In this document: positions 50,768 through 61,782 of the stretch, piece by piece
How positions within the stretch are numbered: position 1 is the first letter of the stretch
Layout of the letters: every line of letters starts with the position of its first letter
Assembly: GCA_963842525.1 (NCBI GenBank)
Contig: CAWJGT010000025.1
Coordinates: forward strand, 32,001-96,000
Length of the DNA: 64,000 bases
Reading direction: 5' to 3'
Origin: an uncultured Holophagales bacterium
GTDB taxonomy: Bacteria > Acidobacteriota > Thermoanaerobaculia > Multivoradales > UBA5704
Program-made: the position numbers and the translations under genes
The notes under the pieces: generated by a model
The model's database searches: none
Told to the model about the DNA's origin: nothing
What the model saw: only the letters and a program-made list of their open reading frames with translations

Positions 50768-51826
50768 TCACCACTGGAGCAGCACCAGCTCCGAGCAGAA
50801 GCCGGGACCCATGGCCATGAGCATGCCATAGGTCCCCGGCGCAGGGCGGTGATGCTCCAGGGTGTCGGCGAGCACGAGGAGGACCGAGGTCGAGGACAGG
50901 TTCCCGACCCGGCGCAGGCTGTCCCAGGTAACGTCGAGCGCGCCGTCGGGCAGCTCCAGCGACTCCTGCATGGCTTCGAGCACCTTCGGGCCGCCGGGGT
51001 GGCAGACCCAGGAGCCGATGTCGGCGCGGGTCAGCTCGTGGTCCGCGAGGAAGGTGTCCACGTCCTGGCGCAGGAATTTGCGCGCGACCTCGGGGACTTC
51101 GGCCGAAAGGACGATCCGGAAGCCGCTCTCGGAGATGTCCCAGCCCATCACCCGCTCGGAGTCGGGATAGAAGACGGACCGGGTGGCGACGATGCGCGGC
51201 CCCGGCTCGCTCCGCTCTTCGCCCACCACCAGGACGGCGGCGGCGCCGTCGCCGAACAGGCCCGAGGCGATCAGGTTCGGAATGGATAAATCCTCGGCCT
51301 GGAGAGTCAGCGAGCAGAGCTCGACCGAGAGGAGCACGGCCACCTGGTCCGGAAAGGCGCGCACGTAGTCGGCCGCCCGGGCGATCCCCGCCGCGCCGGC
51401 CACGCAGCCCAATCCGAAGATCGGCATCCGTTTGATCTGCGTTGGCAGCCCGAGCCGGTTGATCAGGCGCGCGTCGATCGAAGGGGTCGCGACGCCGGTG
51501 ACAGTGACGAAGAGGATGGCGCCGAGGTCCTCGGCCGGGATGCCGGACCGGCGCAGCGCGTCGAGGACGGCCTCCCCTCCCACCTCCTGCGCAACCCGGA
51601 TCCAGGCGTCGTTCGCCTTCCCCCAGGTCGTGAGCCCGTCGTACTCCTCGATGGGCAGCGCGAGGTGGCGCCCGCCGACCAGGACGTTCTGGTGCAACCG
51701 CTCCAGCCGCTCGAGGTTGAAGAACCGGTCCGCCCAACGCCTCTGCAACGCGGCGAGCAGGGTCTGCTGGTCGTAGTAGTGGGGCGGGAGCGCCCGCCCG
51801 ACAGCGGCAATCTCAAGCAGCCTCAA
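50768..51826 (-). CDS. Type III polyketide synthase
   Basis: Cys-His-Asn triad: GLGCVAG, CHPGG, GNLSS; MGPGF. Confidence 0.93.
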   Translation of the reverse strand: MRLLEIAAVGRALPPHYYDQQTLLAALQRRWADRFFNLERLERLHQNVLVGGRHLALPIEEYDGLTTWGKANDAWIRVAQEVGGEAVLDALRRSGIPAEDLGAILFVTVTGVATPSIDARLINRLGLPTQIKRMPIFGLGCVAGAAGIARAADYVRAFPDQVAVLLSVELCSLTLQAEDLSIPNLIASGLFGDGAAAVLVVGEERSEPGPRIVATRSVFYPDSERVMGWDISESGFRIVLSAEVPEVARKFLRQDVDTFLADHELTRADIGSWVCHPGGPKVLEAMQESLELPDGALDVTWDSLRRVGNLSSTSVLLVLADTLEHHRPAPGTYGMLMAMGPGFCSELVLLQW

Positions 51827-51888
51827 GACAGCATCCGCTTCGAAGAATTTGCATCCTCAACAGCCGAGCGGGAAGGCTACCACAGTCC

Positions 51889-52157
51889 TTGGAGGCGTAC
51901 ACGGCGATCGAGATCGACGCGCCACCCGAGGTCGTCTGGAAGCATGTCGTCTCCTTCCCCGAGCTGCCGGCGCCCCGCGAGTGGCTTTTCCGGGCCGGCA
52001 TCGCCTATCCGATCAGGGCGGAAATCCGCGGCAGCGGCCCCGGCGCCGTGCGCACCTGCCTCTTCTCGACCGGCCCCTTCGTGGAGCCGATCGAGGTCTG
52101 GAGCGAGCCGGTCCTCCTCCGCTTCGCGGTGACGCAGAACCCACCGGCGATGCGCGC
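51889..52157 (+). pseudogene. Internal fragment of an SRPBCC-domain gene
   Basis: IEIDAPPEVVWKHVVSF...FSTGPFVEPIEVW; no proper start or end. Confidence 0.6.
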
Positions 52158-52171
52158 TATGGGGCGGGTGG

Positions 52172-52254
52172 CGAGAGGCCTGAGGCCGATGGGGACCGGA
52201 GGTCGGAGATGTCCAGTTGGCCGGCTGTGCTTTTTGGTGGTTCGGGGGGCGGGA
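52172..52254 (+). repeat. Dispersed element A, copy 2
   Basis: Diverged match to 33285..33366. Confidence 0.6.
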
Positions 52255-52382
52255 GACACCCTTTCGGCCTGCGCATTCGCACCTCGGCTGCACCGAGGTC
52301 TTCCCCGGAGGCTTCGCCGAGGCGGAGAAGAAGCGAAGGTGACCCGGGGTCGCTCCCACGACATTGCGGTAGAGCGGCACAA

Positions 52383-52544
52383 CCGGCCCGAGGCCTTGAG
52401 CATGACCGGATAACCGATCGTCTCGGCAAAGTCCGCTGCGCCGCCGCATGGGCGAGGCCGCGGTCAAGGCCGCCTCGGCGGCCGGCTACAGCAACGCGGG
52501 CACCTGCGAGTTCCTGCTCGCCTCGGACGGCGATTTTTATTTCC
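52383..52544. repeat. Two joined copies of accC internal segments (one inverted, one direct)
   Basis: 52383-52436 is the reverse complement of 55362-55414 (one extra C); 52435-52544 equals 55679-55788 (two mismatches). Confidence 0.9.
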
Positions 52545-53030
52545 ACAGCTCCGCCCGACCCAGGAGAGCTTTGGGGAGAAGGATGGCTTAATGGGAGGCC
52601 AGTGGAGTTCGTCTATCCCGTAGCAAGAGAGAGGGGTGCCTCTCTCACGAACGGCAGGTGCGGAGGAAAGCTCCCGATCGGAAACCGCGCAGTCCGGTCA
52701 CCCAGGCGGAGCTTTTCTGACGCTTCCAGGAAGGCAGCCAGGAACCAGCCATAAGCTTCGTAGAGCTGCGGACCTTACGGCTGAAGGCGTGGAAGAGCGG
52801 AGCGGGCGATTTTTGGGTCTTCAGCGGCTGGTCCGTTGGCTTCTGGCGCAGGATCGCTCGTGGTCTCTGAGGCTCGCGCCCGGTTTGAGCCTCTCAGTGG
52901 CGGCTTCCTTTTCGATCCCCTCGATCAGCTCGGCGATCCGCTTCCGGTACTGCTCGGGAGATAGATGAGTCCAGCAGGGTAGGAGCTCGAGTCGGAGCGT
53001 CTCGGTCTCGGCGAAGTCGCGCGGTCCAAT
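52544..53030 (-). mobile_element. 3' fragment of a probable REP-associated (Y1/RAYT-like) transposase plus downstream flank (element B)
   Basis: Broken frames LLPCWTHLSPEQYRKRIAELIEGIE...KSPAPLFHAF...GWFLAAFLEASEKLRLGDRTARFPIGSFPPHLPFV; family assignment from recall. Confidence 0.55.
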
Positions 53031-53050
53031 CCTCCGACCGGCCAGACGAA

Positions 53051-53162
53051 TGTAGGGGCAGGCCTTGTGCCTGCCCTTGTCCCGCCTCCCTCATGACGAG
53101 GACAGAAATCCGAATCGACCGCCGTGGCAAGACCGAGGGCAACCACAAGGGTTGCCCCTACA
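53051..53162. repeat. GTAG-family REP doublet (REPIN-like)
   Basis: TGTAGGGGCAGGCCTTGTGCCTGCCCT and inverted AGGGCAACCACAAGGGTTGCCCCTACA. Confidence 0.75.
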
Positions 53163-53281
53163 CTTCGCTACGCCGCAGTAGGTGGTCCGAACCAGGTGGT
53201 TAGGGCGTCGGCGAACGTGCCGCCCGGCTACCTGTCGGGCTGGCCCGGCTAAGGCAGGATCTCGACGGCGAAGCTCCGCTA

Positions 53282-53460
53282 CTACAGCGTAGCGAACCAG
53301 GAGATCGGCCAACTCTTTCGGACGACTGAGCGCGACGCAGTGACCACCGGGGATCTCATCAGGGGTGATGCCCAGGCGCTCCGGCACGAGCCGGCGAAAG
53401 GCGGCCGGGAATAGGCGGTCGTCTTGGCAAAGGATGAACTTCGTCCGCACGTTCGGCGGT
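53282..53460 (-). pseudogene. C-terminal fragment of an alpha/beta hydrolase
   Basis: TKFILCQDDRLFP...GGHCVALSRPKELADLL. Confidence 0.6.
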
Positions 53461-53760
53461 CGGATCGGCAAGCGAGAACGGATCCGGCCCCTCCAGCGAT
53501 GCCACCGGCACGTCCGCGCCGCCCGTGAGGGCCCGCTGGATCGACACGGACCACTCGTTCCGATCGTGGCTCTGCCACACCATGATCACCAAGCGTCCGT
53601 TGGGCCGCATGGCGCGCCAGATGTTGGCGAACGCAGCGACCGGGTCAGCGAAGAACATCGTCCCGAATCTGCTGATCGCGACGTCGAAGCGCTCTTCGGG
53701 GAAGCGATGGACCTCGGCGTCGGCGCGCTCGTAACTGACGTTACGCAACGCTTCGGCTAC
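53461..53760 (-). pseudogene. Internal fragment of a class I SAM methyltransferase
   Basis: ADAEVHRF...FDVAISRFGTMFFADPVAAFANI...PNGRL. Confidence 0.65.
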
Positions 53761-53766
53761 CGTTAG

Positions 53767-53943
53767 TCCGGCCTGGAGGCGGTGACGATCTTCGAGCTGC
53801 TGAGGGGGCGGCCGGAGCTGAGCTTTTCGGACGGTCAGCTGCGGACGTTGCAGCGACGGATCCGTAGTTGGCGGGCGTCGCAGGGTCCCGAGCGAGAGGT
53901 CATGTTCGCGCAGGAGCATCGTCCAGGGGAGTACGCCCAGAGC
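53767..53943 (+). mobile_element. IS21 IstA transposase internal fragment
   Basis: LEAVTIFELL...GQLRTLQRRIRSWRA..GPEREVMFAQEHRPGE.AQS. Confidence 0.75.
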
Positions 53944-54129
53944 GGCGACGTTCTCGAAGCCGAGACGACGGACTGGTACCTCAGCCGGGTGACGCCGCAT
54001 GGAGCAGCGGCGCTCCTGGGCCGAGCACAGCCCCCTCAAAGGGATGTGCAGCTCAAGATCTCCGATGATCCTCGCTTCCTCTGTTCCCGGGGCGCTGGCC
54101 GACCGGGCGAGGATTCGGACTTGAGGATT

Positions 54130-54400
54130 GCTCGTTCACCAGGCGCTGAAGGACCTGTGTCTTGAAGGCATGAAGGTTGCCTCGGGCTTCATTCCTGGGT
54201 GAGGCATTGTGTTTCCAGCCATGCACGTAGATGACAACAATGGCGCCGTCTGGACGCTCGTTCGCTTCTGCGATCGTGAGCAGGGTTCCGAGGAACTGGT
54301 CTCGCTGCCAGAACTCTCCATGGTCATCAAGCTCTACATGGACCAGCTCGTTTCGGAGCGATCTGTAAGCGTATCGGGCAAGTCGGTCGAAAGGCGCTTC
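54130..54400 (-). pseudogene. N-terminal fragment of an alpha/beta hydrolase-like gene
   Basis: VELDDHGE...VVIYVHGWKHNA. Confidence 0.5.
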
Positions 54401-54627
54401 GACATCTTGATGCAATCGATGAATCCGTGGCAGCATCGATGTCGACGAAGTACGCCCTGGGGACGCCTTCGGATCTTTGACAATTGACGTATGCGTTGGG
54501 AGCGGTCCGGTCTGGCCCCGGTGAGGCGCTCCCTGCTCACGCGCTCCGTGGCGCCGGGCGCTATTTCCGGCTGGAGGCACCTTGCCTTATGGAGGGTCCC
54601 TCGAACCGGGACCCAGGAGGTGAATTC

Positions 54628-54834
54628 ATGCGCAAGACCCTGCTTCTGCTTCTCGCCCTGTTGGCGGTCGTAGCCGCCCTCGGCACCCCCATCCCCACGG
54701 CGGAGGCCGCCGGGGGGACGAACTGCAGCTACAAGTGCGACTGCGCCGGCAGAGCCTTGAAGTGCTGCCCGGCCGGCTCGACCTTCTGCATGCCGACCAG
54801 CGAGTTCGGCTGCCCCCAGATCTACACCTGCTGA
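54628..54834 (+). CDS. Secreted 8-Cys peptide (68 aa)
   Basis: RBS AGGAGGT; signal peptide ending AEA; mature NCSYKCDCAGRALKCC...CMPTSEFGCPQIYTC. Confidence 0.75.
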   Translation: MRKTLLLLLALLAVVAALGTPIPTAEAAGGTNCSYKCDCAGRALKCCPAGSTFCMPTSEFGCPQIYTC

Positions 54835-54905
54835 CTCCCTCACAATCCGCGGCGGGCCTCGGTGCCCGCCGCGCCCATCTCCATCTCCGGTAAGATCTCC
54901 TTGCC

Positions 54906-56458
<1,553 letters not shown>

Positions 56459-56468
<10 letters not shown>

Positions 56469-56959
56469 TCGTCCGCCACGGCGAGCGGGAGGAGAAGGTC
56501 CGGGTCCGCCGCGTCGACGACGGCTACGAGATCACGGTCGGCGACCGGACCTACCAGGTCGATGCCCTGCGCCTCGGGAACGACATCCACAGTCTGCGCA
56601 TCGGCGGCGAGCAGCACGAGGTCTCCGTGCGTCGGCAGGGCGAGGACTATGCAGTCACCAGCCGGCACGGGACCGCCACCGTCTCCGTGACCGATCCGCT
56701 GACCCACCTCGCCCAGCAGACCCGCGGCGGCCAGGGAGCGAAGCGTCACGAACGGGTCCGCGCCTACATGCCGGGCCGCGTTGTGGCCCTCCTGGTCCAG
56801 GAGGGGGACACCGTCACCGCCGGGCAGGGAGTCGTCGTCCTGGAAGCGATGAAGATGGAGAACGAGATCCGGGCCGAGCACGACGGCACGGTCCGCCAGA
56901 TCTTCGTCCAGCCCGGCCAGGCGGTCGACAACGGCGAGCCGCTGTTCGAGCTGGGCTGA
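56459..56959 (+). CDS. Biotin carboxyl carrier protein with N-terminal extension
   Basis: MPGRVV, EAMKMEN; GTG overlaps the accC end. Confidence 0.9.
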
Positions 56960-56996
56960 GCCGGCGCTCTACAATGCCGCCCGGGAGGCTAACGCC

Positions 56997-58411
56997 ATGC
57001 CCTCTCGGACCTCCAACCCCCACCATGCCGGCCTCTCCCGCCGCCGCTTCCTCCATCTCGGTCTCGCTGGTGGAGTCGGCTTGGCGGGGCTCTCGCGATG
57101 GGCGGCGGCCCAGGGGACGCCTCCGGCTCCCACGTCAGCCGCCGGCCGCTGGCTGGACGCGGCGGTCCGGGCCGCGCGGTGGATCCGTACAACCAGGATC
57201 CATACGCCGCACGGCCTGCTCTGGCTGGAGGGGCCGGAGCGACCTGACGGCCTGCGGTCGAGCCCCGACCTCTACAGCGGCACCTCCGGCGTGGTGCTCT
57301 TCCTCGCCGAGCTCGCCCGCGTCACCGGCGACTCCGCCTGGCTGGACGAGGCCTCGGCAGGTGCCGATGCGCTGATCGCCGGCCTGCCGGCTGCGATCGA
57401 TCCGGAGCGGTTGGAGGACGGCCTCTACACCGGCGTGCCGGGGATCGGCTTCACCCTCCAACGGATTGCGCAGGCGACAGGGAAAGAGGCGCACCGGAAC
57501 GGCGCGCTGCGCTGCCTCGACCTGGTCCATGCCGCGGCCAAGCCGGCCGGGGCCGGAATCGCCTGGGGGTCGGGGACCGACATCGTCGCGGGCTCGGCCG
57601 GGACGATCCTCTACCTTATCTATATGGCTCGCGAGCTGGACCGGCCGGCCTCGCGGGATCTGGCCCTGAAGGCTGGCCTTCGTCTGGCCGAGCTGGGCAT
57701 CCCGGAGGCGGGGGGCCGCAAATGGAAGTGGGCGACCGACCCGCAGGCCGAACGGCTGATGCCCAACTTCTCGCACGGCACGGCGGCATCGCCTACGCCC
57801 TCGCCACCCTCCACCTGGAGACGAACCGCAAGGAGCTCCTCGATGCGGCTGTCGCAGGGGGCCGCTATCTCCAGGCCGTGGCGGACACCACGGGCAACGG
57901 CTGCCTGGTCTTCCACCATGAGCCCGGAGGGAAGGACCTCCACTACTTGGGTTGGTGCCACGGCCCGGTCGGCACCTCCAGGCTCTTTCATCAGCTCGCC
58001 CGAGCAACCGGCGATCAGAGCTGGCGGGAGTGGGAGCTCCGGGGCACCAAAAGCATCCTGGACAGCGGCATCCCCGAGCGGCAGACCCCCGGCTTCTGGA
58101 ACAACGTAGGCCAGTGCTGCGGCTCGGCCGGCGTCGCGGAGCACTTCCTCGACCTCGCCCGCCGGACCGGCGACGCCGGGTATCTCGCTTTTGCCCGCCG
58201 GGTTGCCACGGATCTCCTCGATCGCGCGACGCCGACTCCGGGAGACGGTCTGAAGTGGATCCATGCCGAGCACCGGGTCCGTCCCGGGTACGTCTACGCC
58301 CAGACCGGCTACATGCAGGGAGCGGCCGGCATCGGTCTGCTCTTCCTTCATCTGGACGCCGTGGAGAAGGGGAAGGAGCACGCCTTCCGGCTGCCGGCTG
58401 CGCCGGCCTGA
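56997..58411 (+). CDS. Tat-exported LanC-like protein (frameshift near 57786)
   Basis: SRRRFL Tat motif; LYSGTSG, FSHG, GWCHG, QCCGSAG, GYMQGAAG. Confidence 0.8.
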
Positions 58412-58480
58412 GCCCAGGTTCGGTCCGAAGTTGACGGCCTCCAGGAGAGGAGCTACACTCGGCGTAAAAAGAGCGTAAAA

Positions 58481-59473
58481 GTGGATACCCAGCTCGATCT
58501 CTTTGAACGGAAACGCCAGACCGCCGTGATAGGATCCGATGGTCCACCTGGGTGCCCGAGTCCTGTTCCTTCGAAGGAAAGGAAGCTGTCCGAAAGCTGT
58601 CCGATGAGCCCAATTCGTGAGCATGCCGCATACCAGGAGGCCGAGCGCCCAGGCTTGGGTGAGCCCCGCCTCACAACGACCCATGGCCTGCTCTTTCAGG
58701 CCGACTGCCTCAAGCTCCTCGGGGCTATTCGATCGGAGTCGGTCGACTCCATCTTCGCCGATCCGCCGTTCAACCTGAACAAGGAATATCGGAACGGATT
58801 CAAGGATGTCTTGCATGAGGACGACTATCTGAGCTGGTGCTTGCGATGGATCGACGAGTGTTGTCGCGTCTTAGTACCTGGAGGCGCGCTCTTCATCTAT
58901 GTCCTACCTCGGTGGGCCTTCCACTTCGCGGCTCACCTGGATGGTCCCCTGGAGTTCCGCCATTGGATCGCACTTTCGATGAAGGGCACTTTCCCGCGTG
59001 GCGAGAAGCTCTATCCCGCTCACTATGCGCTTCTGTATTTCACCAAGGGAAAGCCGCGCGTCTTCAATCGCGTCCGCTTGCCGGTGCCAGCCTGCCGCCA
59101 TTGCGGAGGAGACCTCAAGGACTACGGCGGACATCGGAAGTACCTCAATCCAGAAGGCCTCAACCTGACGGATTTCTGGGAGGACACCTCTCCCAACCGG
59201 CACCGGCACTCCAAGGCGCGCCCCGGGGTCAACGAGCTGAAACCGATGATCCCAGCCCGGGCCGTCGAGATCTCGACTCGTCCGGAAGACATCGTCCTCG
59301 ATCCGTTCGGGGGTGGCGGTAGCACCTTCCAGGAGGCGCAGCGGCTTGGCCGCTACTGGATCGGCAGCGAGATTGGCGATTGCGCGGCGATCGAGCATCG
59401 AATCCGGACCTTCGCGCCGACGACCCTCGGGCGCAAGCCGCCACGAAAAATCCTGTCGATCCTGTCGGCCTGA
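58481..59473 (+). CDS. Amino-DNA methyltransferase, beta class, M.BamHI-like (start may be 58604)
   Basis: FADPPFN, LYPAHYALLY, CxxCGGDLKDYGG, VLDPFGGGGST. Confidence 0.88.
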   Translation: MDTQLDLFERKRQTAVIGSDGPPGCPSPVPSKERKLSESCPMSPIREHAAYQEAERPGLGEPRLTTTHGLLFQADCLKLLGAIRSESVDSIFADPPFNLNKEYRNGFKDVLHEDDYLSWCLRWIDECCRVLVPGGALFIYVLPRWAFHFAAHLDGPLEFRHWIALSMKGTFPRGEKLYPAHYALLYFTKGKPRVFNRVRLPVPACRHCGGDLKDYGGHRKYLNPEGLNLTDFWEDTSPNRHRHSKARPGVNELKPMIPARAVEISTRPEDIVLDPFGGGGSTFQEAQRLGRYWIGSEIGDCAAIEHRIRTFAPTTLGRKPPRKILSILSA

Positions 59474-59490
59474 CCAGGCCTAACCACGAG

Positions 59491-60045
59491 ATGCCGAAGA
59501 TCGCGGTGGAGAAGTGGTTCAACGGAGCCGAGGAGCGGATAGCGCGCCTGGGCCTCGGGCCTCTCTGGAACGAGCTCATCCAGATCTTGACCGGCTTCGA
59601 GCTTCTTGTTGAGGAGCGCCGCGACGCCAACGGGGCCGCAGAGATCCGGTCGATCTTCGACACGCGCTTTCTTCTCGCCGAGGGTTGGTCCAAAAAGCAG
59701 ACGGGAGGCGTCGACTGGACGAAGTGCCGCGCCATCAACGGAACGAGCGTCTGCCTGGGCGTCGAGGTTCAGTTCTCGGGGCGAAGCGATCTCGTCATCG
59801 TGGACGTCGTGCACCTCCGAGAGGAGCTGATCAGCGGTCGAATCGATGTCGGGGTCGTGGTGGTCCCCTCGAACCGCTTGGCCCCTTTTCTGACAGACCG
59901 GGTGGCGCGCTATGACGATGCAGTCCGGGCGGTCGAGCGAGCCAGGGCAGAGGATCTCCCTCTCGCGGTGATCGCTCTCGAGCACGATGGTTCTGGACCA
60001 GCCATTGCAAAGCGGCGGACTCGTCAGGGACGAGCCCAGAGCTGA
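59491..60045 (+). CDS. Type II restriction endonuclease, BglII/BstYI-like
   Basis: VDW.K...GVEVQF...IDVGVVVVP; adjacent to the MTase. Confidence 0.72.
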   Translation: MPKIAVEKWFNGAEERIARLGLGPLWNELIQILTGFELLVEERRDANGAAEIRSIFDTRFLLAEGWSKKQTGGVDWTKCRAINGTSVCLGVEVQFSGRSDLVIVDVVHLREELISGRIDVGVVVVPSNRLAPFLTDRVARYDDAVRAVERARAEDLPLAVIALEHDGSGPAIAKRRTRQGRAQS

Positions 60046-60051
60046 GGCCCC

Positions 60052-60077
60052 TGAAACGTTTCCCCCTCCCGTCCGTC
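60052..60077 (+). promoter_or_regulatory. ECF-type promoter (probably autoregulatory)
   Basis: TGAAAC-N16-CGTC, 11 nt before the sigma ATG. Confidence 0.65.
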
Positions 60078-60088
60078 TTCTCTTGCGG

Positions 60089-60604
60089 ATGGAGACGGCG
60101 TTCGAGACGGCGGCGCAGCAGTACCAGCGGCGGATCTTTTCCTTCGCGCACTACCTGCTCTCGAACCGGGAGGAGGCGGAGGACGTGACGCAGGAGGTCC
60201 TGCTGCGCCTGTGGCGCCACCACGATGGGGTCGAAGAGGAGCGGCTCGGCACCTGGCTGCTGCGGGTGACCCGCAACGCCTGCTACGACCTGCTCCGCCG
60301 GCGGCGGGCGGTCGCGGTCCACGGCACCGAGGAGAGTCTCGACGCCGGAACGCTGCCTGAGCTGCCCAGCGCGGAGGCGGGCCCGGACGGCCGGGCCGAG
60401 GCGTCCGACTTCCGCCGGCACCTGCTCCGGGCCCTGCAGGACCTGAGGGAGCCTTACAAGAGCGTCGTCATCCTCCGCGAAGTCCAGGGCCTCTCCCAGA
60501 AAGAGATCAGCGAGGCCCTCGGGATCCCGGAGGTCACCGTCCGCGTCCATCTCCATCGGGCGCGGCGCAAGCTCCGGGAGCTACTGCGGGAGGTGTACCA
60601 ATGA
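60089..60604 (+). CDS. ECF sigma factor
   Basis: AEDVTQEV, WLLRVTRN, LSQKEISEALG...VRVHLHRAR. Confidence 0.92.
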   Translation: METAFETAAQQYQRRIFSFAHYLLSNREEAEDVTQEVLLRLWRHHDGVEEERLGTWLLRVTRNACYDLLRRRRAVAVHGTEESLDAGTLPELPSAEAGPDGRAEASDFRRHLLRALQDLREPYKSVVILREVQGLSQKEISEALGIPEVTVRVHLHRARRKLRELLREVYQ

Positions 60605-61179
60605 TCGGACTGGACGAGACGATGAGCTGTGACGAGGCCCAGGATCTCCTCGAGCCCTGGCTGGACGGCGACCTGCCGGCCGGCGAGGCGGCCCGGGTGC
60701 GCGCTCACCTCGACCGCTGCGCCGCCTGCGCCGCAGAGCTGGAGCTCGCCGCTCTCATCCAGACGGAGCTGCGGTCGCTTCCACAGCACGATTGCCCGCC
60801 GGAGGTCCTCCAGCGGGTCCTCGATACTGGCCGGGGCGGCCGGGGCGAGATCGTCCCCTTCCGGCCTTCCACGGAGGGAGCGGCGCAGGGCCGGAAGGCC
60901 CCACGACGCTCGTTCCGGATCGTCCTGGCGGCGGCGATGCTCGCGGCCATCGTGGGCGGATCGGTCTTCTTCATCCAGCAGCGGGAGCCCGCGGCCGGGA
61001 GCCCGAGCGCGGACGAGGTGGCACAGGCCACCGAGGAGGCCCGCTTCGCCCTGGCCTACGTCGGCAAGGTCACTCGTCGCGCCGGTCTCGGCCTGCGCGA
61101 CGACGTCCTCCGCCGGCGCCTGGTCGACCCCACGACCCGCAGTGTGCGCGGGCTGGGCTCGCTTCCGACTGAACAGTAG
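60601..61179 (+). CDS. zf-HC2 membrane anti-sigma factor
   Basis: HLDRCAAC; one TM helix. Confidence 0.85.
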   Translation: MIGLDETMSCDEAQDLLEPWLDGDLPAGEAARVRAHLDRCAACAAELELAALIQTELRSLPQHDCPPEVLQRVLDTGRGGRGEIVPFRPSTEGAAQGRKAPRRSFRIVLAAAMLAAIVGGSVFFIQQREPAAGSPSADEVAQATEEARFALAYVGKVTRRAGLGLRDDVLRRRLVDPTTRSVRGLGSLPTEQ

Positions 61180-61191
61180 AAAGGTCTCACC

Positions 61192-61755
61192 ATGCGCAAG
61201 CCCATCCTTCTCCTCACGCTCCTCGGCCTCCTGGAGGCCGTCTCCGCGGCGGCCGGGCCGCCCGCGACCCCGCCCGGCTCGATCCCGTTCGACGAGCTGG
61301 GGATCTTCCCGCGCGAGAAGCTGAGCGTCGAGATCAACCTCGGGCCGCCGCTGCTGCGCCTGGTCGCCGCAGCCATGGGCAAGGAGGATCCCGAGTTCTC
61401 CCGGTTGATCACCAACCTACGGGAGATCCGGGTCCAGGTCTTTCCCGTCACAGCGGGCGATGAGGGCTCGGTCCGCACGCGGATCGGACGCGCCGTGAGC
61501 TGGCTGGAAGACCACGGCTGGGCGGCGACCGTGAAGGTCCGCGAGAAGGACGAAGAGACCTTCATCTATCTGAAGGAAGCGGACGGCAACATCCAGGGGC
61601 TGACCCTCCTCTCCTTCCAGCCTGGGGAAGAGGCGGTCGTCATCAACATCGTCGGCCGGATCGATCCGGCCCAGCTCGGACGGCTCGGCCAGACGTTTGA
61701 CATCCCGGCGCTGCAAAAAACCCCAGACGGTAAGAGCACCGACAAGAAACCTTGA
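61192..61755 (+). CDS. DUF4252 family exported protein
   Basis: Signal peptide; SVEINL...VVINIVGRIDP. Confidence 0.78.
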   Translation: MRKPILLLTLLGLLEAVSAAAGPPATPPGSIPFDELGIFPREKLSVEINLGPPLLRLVAAAMGKEDPEFSRLITNLREIRVQVFPVTAGDEGSVRTRIGRAVSWLEDHGWAATVKVREKDEETFIYLKEADGNIQGLTLLSFQPGEEAVVINIVGRIDPAQLGRLGQTFDIPALQKTPDGKSTDKKP

Positions 61756-61782
61756 CCAGGAAACCCAATACGGAGGCGAGCC

